From NCBI GenBank assembly GCA_026023565.1, contig JAPETS010000018.1, positions 1 to 64,000 of the forward strand: 64,000 nt of DNA, read 5' to 3'. This document shows, one piece after another, positions 39,101-50,786 of this stretch. Positions within the stretch are counted from its first letter, which is position 1. Each line of letters starts with the position of its first letter. This DNA comes from Cirrosporium novae-zelandiae. Its lineage: Eukaryota. The notes under the pieces were generated by a model. It ran no database searches. It worked only from the letters and a program-made list of their open reading frames with translations, and was not told the DNA's origin. The position numbers and the translations under genes are program-made.

Positions 39101-40486
39101 TGAGACTCATCCTGGACGATGACTTTTCCATTGACCCAGTAGTTTGATCCGAAGCCATTATCTTCAATACTAGCTTGAGATATCCACTGGAGATGTCCCT
39201 TACAAGTTTTATGTATCCTGATGAGAAGGGATTCGGAGATCGGATACTTGCCTTGGGACTTGTCTAAGTGCTTGAACATTGACAGTAGAAATTTAAAAGC
39301 AAAACTGCGTCACTAAAATCAGATAGCTGTCCTAATTCAATATACCAGAGACTTACAAACTTCCTGACATACAAATTCGATGGTCACCAAAGTCTCCACA
39401 TGTCAATGCGACGGGAGCCACAGGACTGTTAGTATTTTTGACAAAACTGTCATTATCTTCCTTGAGAGGAATACTGCAAACAGACAAGATATGTTCAAGA
39501 TTGCGTCGAAGATACCAGCCTAACTTTTCATCATTCCGGGGAGCCCAGTTAGGAAGTCCAGTTTGGGAATCCTTGATTATTTTATCCACGTCCACATCTC
39601 TGCTTTGTAGTACCGAGTCTCTCCAAGGCAAACTAATGGGTGGTATATGTTGAAGTTTATATGCAACAGTAAGCTCCAGCGACTCAAATGCCTTAAGGCT
39701 ACATTCTTTCAAAATAGAAATGGACCCTTCGTCACCTGGGGATTCCAGCTTTAGAGAGTTGCCGTTCTTGAACACCCCTACGACTGCTCCCACGGGTGTT
39801 GAGTTGTCACCATCCTCCTTCGCTGCCGGGAATCCTATCACCAAAATACCATATCCATACCGCGCCATTGTATAGTAGATTTTGAGTCGGCTTTTCTAAG
39901 TCATATAATCTAGTTCTTGTATATCAAAGTTGATGTCAAGAATAATATCAAAATTGGCGCTTGAACTTGACCTGTTAGTCACTTTAAAGTCCTGTATGGT
40001 TATGCCGTTGTTGATAAGCATCTGAATTTCGATGCTAAGACCGTTGGCATCATATGTAATTCGTGGCCAGCGTTCACCAAGAAACTCTAATTCGGGTGTT
40101 CCGGGTTCTAGATGCTCGAGGGTCCGTATACGCAGTCCAAACCCTTTATTGGGATCTGAAACTGCCTCTTGGAAGCTTTGCGCCCGAGCGTCCACTGAAT
40201 ATGCTTCTTCAGCTTCCGCGAAGTCCAATGCGAATATACCTGGCTGGCTTTGCTTTCCGCCGAGATAGCTACTGGTTCTTAATATTTTCCCGTACGCGCT
40301 GACACTGGCCGTAGTGCCTTGGTCACCGAAGGAAGCATAGGCATCGGGGTTTTGCGTTGAGGACTCTTGCTTTAAGTCATGGGATTTGGGCTCTAGTACA
40401 TCTTAACTCTGAGAGTTAGCAGGAAGGACTTTGGAACTTTTCACCCAGGTACTCACGCGTGACCCATGACTTGAATTCTGGGTCAT
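36153..40486 (-). pseudogene. Large fungal protein with a C-terminal CorA-like two-TM region, apparently disrupted
   Basis: Collinear ORFs 39896-40228, 39353-39868, 37900-39279 and 36153-37994; N-terminal YASFGDQGTTASVSAYG, YRLDDHVWIW, CFPGQID, EEWLYNYPRFL; C-terminal ENIQLFTYTTVFFLPVGLATSIFSM. In-frame TAG at 39896-39898 and a frame change at the A8 run near 37994-38001. Confidence 0.7.
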
Positions 40487-42055
40487 CCTCCGAGGAGGGA
40501 AGATCCTCAAAGTTAATACTAACAGAGCTGTGAAAGATATCCATGCTTGTTCTTTAAAATTGTAGCACTCGAACACATCACGTTAAATTGAAGCATATCG
40601 TCTTGGGGATATCTATAACCAAACAACGTGAAAGCTAAGCGGGATCCCGGACTTGGAGCATCTGAAGCTATATACATGCAAAACTATATCTTAGACTCTT
40701 GGTATCAAGCATCGTAAAGATACTCAGGTGGCGTTAGTTAGATCAATCATGTTGCTAGGTGAAAGTGTGGTGAAGTCTCAACCTTTCACTACACCTCCTA
40801 AAATATTATCTTTCGTACACGTTCGGTCATGTTCCAGTCCAGCTGATAAGCCTTATGTCAGCGAGTAGATCTAGGATGGAAAAAAGAATTGATCTCCAAT
40901 GCAGATCGTTCCCCTCTAAACTACCACTCCGCTCGTATAACGGCCACCCTTGACCTGGTTGTGTTTGAGCTGTACGAAGTTAATTATCCGCCTTTTAGAG
41001 GTCGGAATCACGAAAATATAAAACATCAAGTAAACTAGCTGCAGGTCACCCAAGCCTATTTCCACTTCGGTATTCTAAGTACCTACCTAGGTAGGTATTG
41101 AGTCAAAATCGTTGAAGTGGCTTTAAAGTACCCCTCCGTCGGAATTTTTTCCTCCGATGTCGGGAGGGGGGATTGAGTCACTATGCTCCTTCGGATATAG
41201 AATCCTATAAGCTACCTGTTGTAGCCGCTCCAGATCTTCATGATCACAGCTTCTCTGGGTCTTCTAATAGAGAGCTCGGTCGCCGTCGGGAACAGAAATA
41301 GCATACCAGAAATATAGGTAAACGATAAGAAAAGGGAGCGATGTCTCACGATGTCTCACGATGTCGAAGAATAAGTCTGGAGGGAAAATATGGCCGGATG
41401 CAAGTTAGAAAAAAAAACAATTGACACCAAACGATAAGAATAATTGACATTTATATGTGAACTAGTAGCATTTTATGCAGATAGACCAGTCAGCGTTATT
41501 AACCTGAGCAGGGGAGCGAGTTGGTCAAGAAAAGGATTTTTGATTTCCTAAATAGATATATGATAATAGGACTGAGCGTAGCGAAATATGCGTCCTGCCA
41601 AATAGCAAAGTTAGACCTAGAGTAAGGGGGAACTAAGGAATACTAAATCCACCTGCCATCGTACAGTACAGTCACGGAAGATCGGAGCGGGATGGGAAAG
41701 CGCAAAACCGCCATAGTTCGGTAGGTATTCGGATGTCTACACTACCACCAGCGGAGCCGAAGCCGAGGCCTTGCCTTTTAGCAAACATCCAAAGAGATAT
41801 GTGAGCTCAGCGGTCCGAGGTTCAGGAAAACCCTGATTGTTTCTTATATGACCATCAAATCACATTTCTTACGAACTTCTGTTGTTTTCAATATTATAAA
41901 TTACCGTGCTGTATTTATCTTTACACATTCAATTCAGCCAAGCCCTATCAATTACCTCAATTAATCACGTGTGCGCACATATCCATCCACCCCACCTGCA
42001 ACGAACAATGGAAAAATTGATAAATAAAATAAATAGTGCTATTAATAACAATTCA

Positions 42056-42190
42056 GGACCCGTGGCGCAACGGTAGCGCAGTTGACTCCAGATCAGAAGG
42101 TAAATTCAACCAACAGATAACACAAATACTGTTCAATAATTGGCTAATAATCAACCTAATAGGTTATCCGTTCAAATCGGGTCGGGTTCA
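42056..42190 (+). tRNA. tRNA-Trp(CCA), copy 2, with a 63-nt insert (42100-42162) in the variable loop
   Basis: Exonic sequence identical to copy 1; anticodon CCA at 42088-42090; acceptor stem GGACCCG/CGGGTTC, T-stem ATCCG/CGGGT, T-loop TTCAAAT. Confidence 0.92.
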
Positions 42191-42217
42191 AATCCTTACT
42201 TGCTTCAAGATAAATTA

Positions 42218-42225
42218 TTTTTTTT
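42218..42225 (+). terminator. RNA polymerase III terminator (T8) of tRNA-Trp copy 2
   Basis: T-run about 27 nt downstream of the tRNA 3' end. Confidence 0.75.
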
Positions 42226-43855
42226 GAATAATTATGTCCCTAAATTTATTATTAAGGGATATTTCATATCGTGACGGAGGAAGTTCATCTTATTACTATT
42301 GGCGGATTTGGTATTGGGCTATGCTGTGCTATGTTATGGACTCCCTTGCTGTAAACTATAAGCACTATGTATAAATAGGACTGTATATATATCTATGTAT
42401 ATATATTATCTCATCGTGGAAGATATTATACCCAGGACGTAGAACGCCCCTCGAGACTACTATATTTGATTTCATTGAGTCCCAATTCAGTTTGACTCCC
42501 ATTGTAAAATTTATACAATATCTACTACTCTATCCATTTATCGACCCCGTCCCTGAGAGCATTTCATATACCCTTCTTAATATACCTATGTCATTCTATA
42601 ATGGACATCCACATTTCTCCATCGTCAACTTCATCGTACTCCTTCGAAGATCTCAGTCATATACACACACATCAATAGCCTTTTATGTCCCTTGTTCTCT
42701 TCGTCCCGTAAATGCACCCCGACCTAAAACCCCCTCTGCTCATTACTTGTACACATGACAATTTTAATCTGTACTACTGCTTATAGAAGGGTACGCAATC
42801 ACCCAATTGAAACATGATAGCTAGATTATATCAAAGTAATTGTAACGTCCGCCATAACTTAAAGGCGACATGCAGACAATAAAATGAATAATCACCATCA
42901 AAGTACTCGTGCTCTCTTCCAAAAACATAAGCGGCATTGAGTAGAAGCCAAGCCGGGATCTATATATATCCATCTATAGGTGAATGGATATAGCTCTAAG
43001 AAACGTAGAAGTATAGTTAGTGTAGCTAAAACACGAACCACATGAAATAGATGGTCATGCAATTTGCTACTAGCTCTACTCTATTAGGCACACATACGCG
43101 ATACTAGCTCTTGAGAAAATACGAAAGTATAAAATAAGAAGATATTCATGTCGTTTGCTCATTTCGACATAGGATCACTAACCACCAGCCCCTCATACCG
43201 TTGTCTTCGTCTTTGTCATGCCATACCATCCATGCAAAACGCCCCAACCAAAGATATAGGACCATCTAGGGAGAACCTTGAAAAGGCAGCAAACCCATTT
43301 GAAATATTTCCTAACCTCAACCATTGTAGTGTGGAGTGACGACCCACCAGCAGAAAGAACAGAGGGTCATGGGGTAAACTCTATGGAAAAGAAAAAGAAA
43401 AAGAAAATAGTGAATTTGATACGTTTCTGCACGATGCATATAACTTTGCATGCAGATAATGAGATGGACATGCCCATTTCCTTTCCTGACGCCGATTGTT
43501 ACCCGATATTTGATGAGATCCCTAGGAACCCCAGAAAGGTTGTTTGCGCGTGCATGTACGGTTTCCAGAAGAGACGATGGATTATCCGATGCAAGTAAGG
43601 CATGCATGCATATAAAATTCGATACCTTTAAGAAAAACCCACGGGCACTCCTCTATTATCCGATACCCGGTTTCGTTTCTGCCATTTACTTGCCCTCGTG
43701 AGCGTCATTGAAAATTATCATTATCCCACGCTTTTTAAAAAGGATACACCTAGACTCATACATGATGTTGATGATGCAAAAGGTGCTCCTTTCGTTTCGA
43801 ACAATGTTGATTGAAGCACTCCCCGAGAGCGTATCATTGTGGAGACAAATATAGT

Positions 43856-45262
43856 CTATTGAGATGCACACTGCATCCTTTCCGCACCAGGTGGTACGCC
43901 ATCTTCGTCTTCGTCATCACCGTTAGTGAGCCCTTGCGCTCTGGCTTGATTATGTGCGTCAACATCTTCGAGATCGAAATCCTCTACCATTGCATCTTCG
44001 GTGGGTTTAGCTTGCGGCATTCTGGGCGGCAGGATTTCCTCCAACTTTTCAATGTTTCTCATTTCACCCTTTTGAGGAAACTTGACGTCGAATTGGATAT
44101 AAAGGTTGCCGAAATCGTGATGGCGATAAGACGGCATACCTTGTCCCCGAATCATTTTGACTTGACCTAAAAAACCATATTAGAAAATTTGGTCTACAAA
44201 GCATATCCTTGGAAAGAAATTTACCTGGACTAATGACCTCGCCAGGAAGAATGTTGACTGTCAACCAGCGTTCATCTAAGTGCTCAATGTAGATTGCACC
44301 ACCGGCCAATGCAGTCAGAAGATCAATCTCCGAGTGGTAAAATAGATCGTCGTCCTTGCGCTGGAATCGGGCATGAGGCTTTTGTTCAATTTCAAATTGC
44401 ACATCGCCGGGTAGTAAGCCAGGTATTTGATCTCCTTCACCTTTAAAGTCGATCTTTGTTCCACTCTTAACACCCCTGTCGACATGTACATGAAGTACCT
44501 TCCGCTCGACAATTGTCTTCTTGCCTTGGCATTTCTTGCAGCGGTCTTTATCGCGAATAGTCTCCCCTTCACCTTGGCAATCTGGGCACACGGTCTGGAA
44601 CCGCTGGATCATAGGTCCCATTTGCCGCATCATAGTCTTCATACCCGCACCATTGCATCCAGGGCAAGTTTTGACAGCACCCTCTTTGCCGCCACGACCT
44701 TCGCAGGAACTGCAGATAACAGACTTCTGTAGAGCAAGTTTTGATACCTTTCCTCGATAGATGTCTTCAAGGGAGACTTTGTGAACATGGTGGATTGTGC
44801 GAGCTTTCTTTGGGCCTGTTTCTCTCATTCCGCCACCAAACATTCCGCCAAAGGCGCTGCCGCCCCCGAAGAATTGCGCGAAAAGATCCTCAGCAGCCAT
44901 GCCACCCCCAGCACCACCTTGCTCCAGACCCTCTTCACCATATTGATCGTACAGTTGGCGTTTCTGGGGATCAGAGAGGACTTCGTATGCATGCGAAAGT
45001 TCCTTGAATTTTTCTTGAGCGGCTTCATTGCCTTGATTTTTATCTGTGAAGGAATATTAGACACTAAATCCTAGTGACAATGTATCATGTGAATCAGTAC
45101 CTGGATGCCATTTTAGTGCTCCCTTTTTGTAAGCAGATCTTAATTGTGCTTCCGAGGCATCTGGTGGAACCTATAGATGAGGTTTGTTAGATTCGCACAT
45201 TCAGTAGGCAGGACAAAATCACATACTCCCAGAGTCTCATAAAATTTTGTTTCCTTAACCAT
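43856..45262 (-). CDS. YDJ1: Type I Hsp40 co-chaperone Ydj1/Mas5
   Basis: MVKETKFYETLG J-domain with spliced HPDK, G/F region, CxxCxGxG zinc-finger repeats and C-terminal CaaX box CASQ. Confidence 0.97.
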
Positions 45263-45771
45263 GATGATATTTGGACGAAACAGAGATTAAAAAGTGATGG
45301 ATATCCGGGATAGGTAAGGGCCCCAGGCCGCGCACGATGGGAGATAGGATTGAGAGCCTTTGTTTTATTACCTAGACAAGAAGCGATTAGTTGGTTGATT
45401 GATGAGGAGATAAGTGAGAAAGAAAATCAAAAAAGATGGAAGTTTTGGACAGATGACCGGGGTAAGAATGATGGTTGCGGGTACACACAGGATTGCTTGT
45501 TGAGTCGCTATCAGAGAGGGCCAAGGCTCAATATGAATGAGATGAAAGATTCACAGAATGTTGAGAACAAGGTGATCAGAGTAAACCCACAGCAGAATAA
45601 GGTATCTTCAGAGAGACAGATTTTTGTTAAAGTTGGTTTGGTGGGCTTCAGCAGTTATTTTGAGGCTGAGGATAGGCAAGTGCAGTTCAGAAGATAGCAT
45701 ACGAAATTTCGATCGGGGTTAGTATGTTCCCGTCCTTGGAGCCAAATTCGGACAAAGTTGGTCACTTTTGG

Positions 45772-45796
45772 CTTCCGTGGGTTTCTAGGCAATTCC
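45772..45796. promoter_or_regulatory. Step-type heat shock element upstream of YDJ1
   Basis: TTC at 45773, 45783 and 45793 (TTC-N7-TTC-N7-TTC), about 510 bp upstream of the YDJ1 ATG. Confidence 0.6.
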
Positions 45797-46171
45797 ACGA
45801 TTATCCATCACCCACAGCCATACAGAAATAATGTAATCAGCGAAACAATAGAACAGCAAAACAGTGAATAAAATTGAACGTGTTCTATAGTGAATATTTT
45901 GTTTTTATATAATTGTGATAAGAGAAGGCAGTAATTGGTGTTTGCACTGCTATTAGACAGATAGATATATGCTCTAGTGCCGATCTAGTTAAAAAGCATT
46001 CATGCTAAACGTAAAGACAGATCCACGAAAAACCCTGATCTATCTATCTTTCTTATCGATAGTCTATGCAATTTCTTTACTCACTATCCACTAAAAACAA
46101 GATGAATCAATTTTTACTAGAACCTTCGAGTTTTTCATTTTTACTAACCATATTTCATCTCATCCCACATC

Positions 46172-46737
46172 ATGGAAACTGACATTGGATTTCAGGCAAC
46201 TTTAGAAGAGGCTAAGGCAGGGGCAAAGGAGGGCGGTGTACCCATTGGGGCTTGTCTGGTATCGAAGGAAGGCAAGATACTAGGGAGGGGTCACAACATG
46301 CGTGTGCAAAAGGGCAGTGCTACACTTCATGTAAGCCTTGAACGTGACTGAACATGACTGAGCAGACCTCTCCATGCTGATAATTCTCGAGGCCGAAATG
46401 TCCGCACTTGAGAACTCGGGTAGACTCCCAGCATCTGCCTACAAAGGTGCTACCATGTATACCAGTCTTTCCCCTTGTGACATGTGCACCGGTGCTTGTG
46501 TTCTTTACAAGGTCAAGAGAGTCGTTATTGGAGAAAATAAGACCTTCGTGGGAGGAGAAGAGTATCTAAAATCCCGAGGTATTGAAGTGGTAGTTCTCCA
46601 GAATACCGAATGCCAGGGCTTGATGGAGAAATTCATCAAAGAGAAACCAGATCTTTGGTGAGAACTACGGCTCTTCGATTAGGGGATTTTCAGAATGACT
46701 AATATTTTACCTTAGGAATGAGGATATCGGCGAGTGA
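46172..46737 (+). CDS. FCY1: Cytosine deaminase
   Basis: EGGVPIGACLV, GHNMRVQKGSATLH|AEMSALENSG (HxE), SPCDMCTGAC (PCxxC), W|NEDIGE*; two introns. Confidence 0.96.
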
Positions 46738-47523
46738 CCGTATGGATTGAATCGAATAGAGGATTAGAAGCTCTATAAGTCTATGACTGATGTGACCTTA
46801 TCGTACCGTTTGATAGACTATCGCATACTCACATTCTTATGAGCAACTCATAGTACTAAAATTTCTACATTATTAGATGAAGACGGCCCGATACCAAGCC
46901 CAATCCTAGACTAAGTTACTGTGGACAGCGTATGATACTCTAATCCATAGTATATTTGCCCTGGAACTGCCGATATGAAGAATACAAGTACACAAGGTCC
47001 ATAAATTAGAAATATGGTGAAAGGTAGGTAGCCTAATAAGGCACTACATAGCAAGGACTAGTGATGGACTCGAGTTGACTATAAACACCTATCCAATTAA
47101 AATCAGAAAGTTATCGTAAAAGACTAGATATAAGATGAAAATAGTAAAAGTGAAGCATCATTAAAAAATTAGAATGTTTTGTTGTTGCGTTTTTAATCCT
47201 CATTGGTGGTCAGGGTTAAAAATGTATAATCATATGCAGTATAGGGGAAAATAAAAATTATTGGAAACATACCAGGACCACAGTTTAGGAAAACACCGTG
47301 CTGTCAGGTGTAAGCTTTGGCTCCTTATCAGCAATGGCAAAGTGTAGCTACAAATAATTTCTTAGCGTTGAATATATTTCATCCAGTCATTTGTTCATCA
47401 TCTATGGACGGGCATTCCTCAGGTAACGGCGCCAAGCGTAGCGTCGCTGATATGAAAACCATGAACCCACAATTAGCACTCAATGACCTGAGATACATCG
47501 ATCTCCCACGAGATTCTCCTAGT

Positions 47524-48649
47524 TTAGTCGAAAAGTCCGCCGAAACCTAGGAAGTTATTAGAAACAATTGCATACACACTTTACAGCTTTGCCAGGAAAA
47601 TTTCGTCTTACCTTCATCACCGCTCTCCTCCTCCTCCGATTCTTCTTTCTTCTCCTCCTCTGCTGGCTTGGCCTCTTCTGCTGCCGTACCTGCAGCAGGG
47701 GCAGCGGCCGCATATGCATCAGGATTAGCAATACGGTCCTTGAGCTCCTCGATACCTTCCCAACTGTACTCAGTGGCAACAGCAACTGCCAAAACGTCCT
47801 TGTATGAGTTGAGAAGTGAGTGGATGACGGATGGCAATGTAGGGTAGTTTATTGCCAAAGAGATTTGAGTGACAGTGGCGATAGCACTCTGCAGAGATTC
47901 AAAGAGCTCCTTCTCTTCAATATCCAAAACATTGGAGCCAAAGCATTGTCCGTTGTCATACACCTGAGCAATAGTCATGCCATAGGTGAAGGGAGAAATG
48001 TTCAACATGTTAAGGAGGGTAGCTTCGGAAGCTCCAACCTTATGTCCAGCTTCAACCAACTTCAAGTCGGCAGTAATTTCGATAGTACCACGGGCAATCT
48101 TGGTAGGAACACCGAGGGCTTGGAAGAAAGAGGTCTTTCCGGGTTCCATACCAGTGTTACCAGCGGGGACAAAAACATCGGCTGGGGCGACAGCACCAGC
48201 ACGAGCGGGAGCCGCAACACGATTAGAAAGAATCTTCTCTCGAATATCCTTGAGATCCCCATTGGTGAAAATAAAGCCTATAGATTCAATCAGTACCCAT
48301 AGTATAAGAACATATACACTTTAATTAACGAACCAACGTTGCCCTTAACATGGGGAAGGAGTCGCTCGTATTCAGGGAAATCGGAGAGAAAACCCTTAAT
48401 AGCACGGCGGACCTATCTAAGGGTTAGAAATACGAGATTAAAATTTCCTTAACACGAAATATAGTGAGAACTGACCATAGTGTTCTTTCCCATCAAGACG
48501 ACGGCCTCTCCACGAAGAGAGTGACGAATCTCGTGCATTTGCTGAGATGCGACATTGTCGACGGTGACGATGAAAATTGAATGGTACTCTTCGAGGAGCG
48601 TCTTCAACTTATCAAAGTATCCGGCCTTTGATTCTTTTTTGCCCCCCAT
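47524..48649 (-). CDS. RPP0: 60S acidic ribosomal protein P0 (uL10)
   Basis: [58 protein letters not shown] and acidic tail [14 protein letters not shown]. Confidence 0.98.
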
Positions 48650-48942
48650 TTCTCCTTATTTTGTTGAAGAAAGGTTACTGTCTTAGTATTTAAGGGACTT
48701 GATAGTAATGAATAAATTGTTGGGAGTTTTGGAATTGTGAACCTTCATTCTGAAAATTAATTTTGGATATGTGGGCAGTCGACTTTCTTCTCGCTTAATT
48801 TAGTGTCGATAAGCCGAATGTCCCCATCTACTGAGTACCTAACTACCTAGGTACTTAGGAGCAGTAGACTATGTTAAAGTATGACGGACACTGCATCAAT
48901 CTAGAAATTTTGAGAAGTTCAAGCAACAATAATACCAAAAAA

Positions 48943-50786
48943 ATGTTCCAACATCCATTTCAATGCTTGAAGAAGCTACCCAAATCTAGTTATCTCTGCA
49001 ATGATATCCTTGTTACCGCGACGGGTCCGATAATATTTTCATATGCGCTTGATGACGGAAGAGTGATTTCCAGTTGGCCTTCAGCATACTTTGAAGTTGT
49101 TGCAGAACCAGAAATTATCCACGAAGCTACCGAAAGAATCGAGGGCAATATAGAGCCACCAGCCAAGAAACTCAAGACTTCTGTACCAGATAATCTATCA
49201 GAAAACTCTTCAGCCGATATAGTTATAGAAAGTCCCCATGGAAAACGGAGAAAAAAGAGATCCGCAAAGGGAGCACCCCTTCCCTTGATCCTAAAGCTTG
49301 CTTCTACATCCGACGGGAAATATCTTGTGACGGTTACTAGCGAGGATAAGTGCATTCGGGTGTTTGAGGTGAGCCCTCAAGGTCAGTTACGGCTACTAAG
49401 CGAGAGGTAAGTATTAAATCTATCTAGAGCATACTATCATTTTTGACCATTGGCCCTAGGATCATGCCCAAGAGGCTATTCGCAGTAGACGTTACTCCAG
49501 ATGATTCTACAATCTTATGTGCCGATAAGTTTGGAGATGTTTACTCCCTGCCACTTCTCGTACCAGAAGCGGGAACCACTAATCTTGAGCCCGAAGGTGG
49601 TCAATTAGCTGCAAACGAGGACAAGAAGGAAATTTCTCCAAAGCCTTTTGTTCCTGCAGCGAGCACGCTTACTGTTCATACTAAGCGTAACCTTCAGGCT
49701 TTGCAAAATCAGCTTAAGGCGCAACCAAAGCCATCAGAAAAAAAGACTCTTGATTTCACACATGAATTGCTCCTTGGTCATGTATCAATGCTAATTGATG
49801 TTATATCTACAACCATTCCCCCGATGGATGATTGCCAGAAAAGTCGGACATACATTTTAACTTCGGATAGAGATGAGCACATTCGAGTTTCACGAGGTAT
49901 CCCCCAGACTCACGTTATTGAGAGATTTTGTTTTGGGCATAAAGAATTTGTTAGCAAGCTATGCGTACCATCTTTACTCCCTGAATGTTTGATCTCCGGC
50001 GGCGGCGATGATTCCTTGTTTGTATGGAAGTGGGTGGAGGGTCTGTTGACTCAAAAGGTTGATCTAAGGACCCACGTCGAGTGCCTGAAGAATTCTCTCC
50101 AACACGATTCAGACCAAGACGGAGGCCTAGAAACCACACATGACCAGTTAAGAAATCATGAAGAGGAGCCCATCATAGTGCAATTGGGCGGCCCCGGAAA
50201 TATCAACAACAGCCAGAAGGAGAAAAGACAAGGAACGGATTGGCAAGGCCACGAACCTTCGGCAGATAACTCTGAAGGAATTGCAGTTTCTGGTATCTGG
50301 GATTTCTCACTGCAATTGATACCTGGAGATGACACGGGTATCATCCTAGTGGCTTGTGAAGGGTAAGTCACCCACTCATAACCTGATATTCATGAACTAA
50401 TTAGACGTGTAAGAATACCCGCAATATTTTCTTTTCTCCTAAACGAGCAAAATCAACTCAAGTACCATCAGACAATTCCAGTGTCGGGTAATATTCTCGA
50501 TATTGCTGTCGTCGACCTCAATATCATTATATCTGTTGATAATGTTTATGTCCCAGGCTCAACCAAACAGTTTCGAAATATTTCAGCAGATCAAACTGTA
50601 TTACAAACATTCCAATATTCAAGCGAAAAAAGGATATTTATGGAAGGATCACAATATAGTACGGCTATCGATTCCATTAATCAGGAAGGGGGCTTCGAGA
50701 TGGATGACAGCTCACTAAAGGCCCTAGGGAGTGTATTGTATAATATAGAACGCCTCAGAAAAAGGGGGTTTGAAGATGAGGCATAG
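48943..50786 (+). CDS. TRM82: tRNA m7G46 methyltransferase non-catalytic WD40 subunit
   Basis: SEDKCIRVF, R|IMPKR, LCADKFGDVY, LLLGHVSMLID, YILTSDRDEHIRVSRG, FCFGHKEFVS, LISGGGD; two introns. Confidence 0.93.

Noticed and set aside
41131..41170. GC-rich hairpin CCCCTCCGTCGGA...TCCGATGTCGGGAGGGG
   Set aside because: Isolated and imperfect, with no second copy or RNA-gene context.
42091..42165. Alternative model: canonical 37/38 tRNA intron, using the intronic TCAAC to pair with GTTGA
   Set aside because: It gives a perfect 5-bp stem but needs a 10-11 nt variable region that differs between the two copies. It also discards ATCAGAAG, which is invariant in both copies and matches the eukaryotic tRNA-Trp sequence. 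Disfavoured, not excluded without RNA data.
42036..42227. 63-aa ORF overlapping tRNA copy 2, which could make the intron an mRNA intron
   Set aside because: Non-ATG start, no protein features, and the flanking exon conservation ends exactly at the tRNA boundaries.
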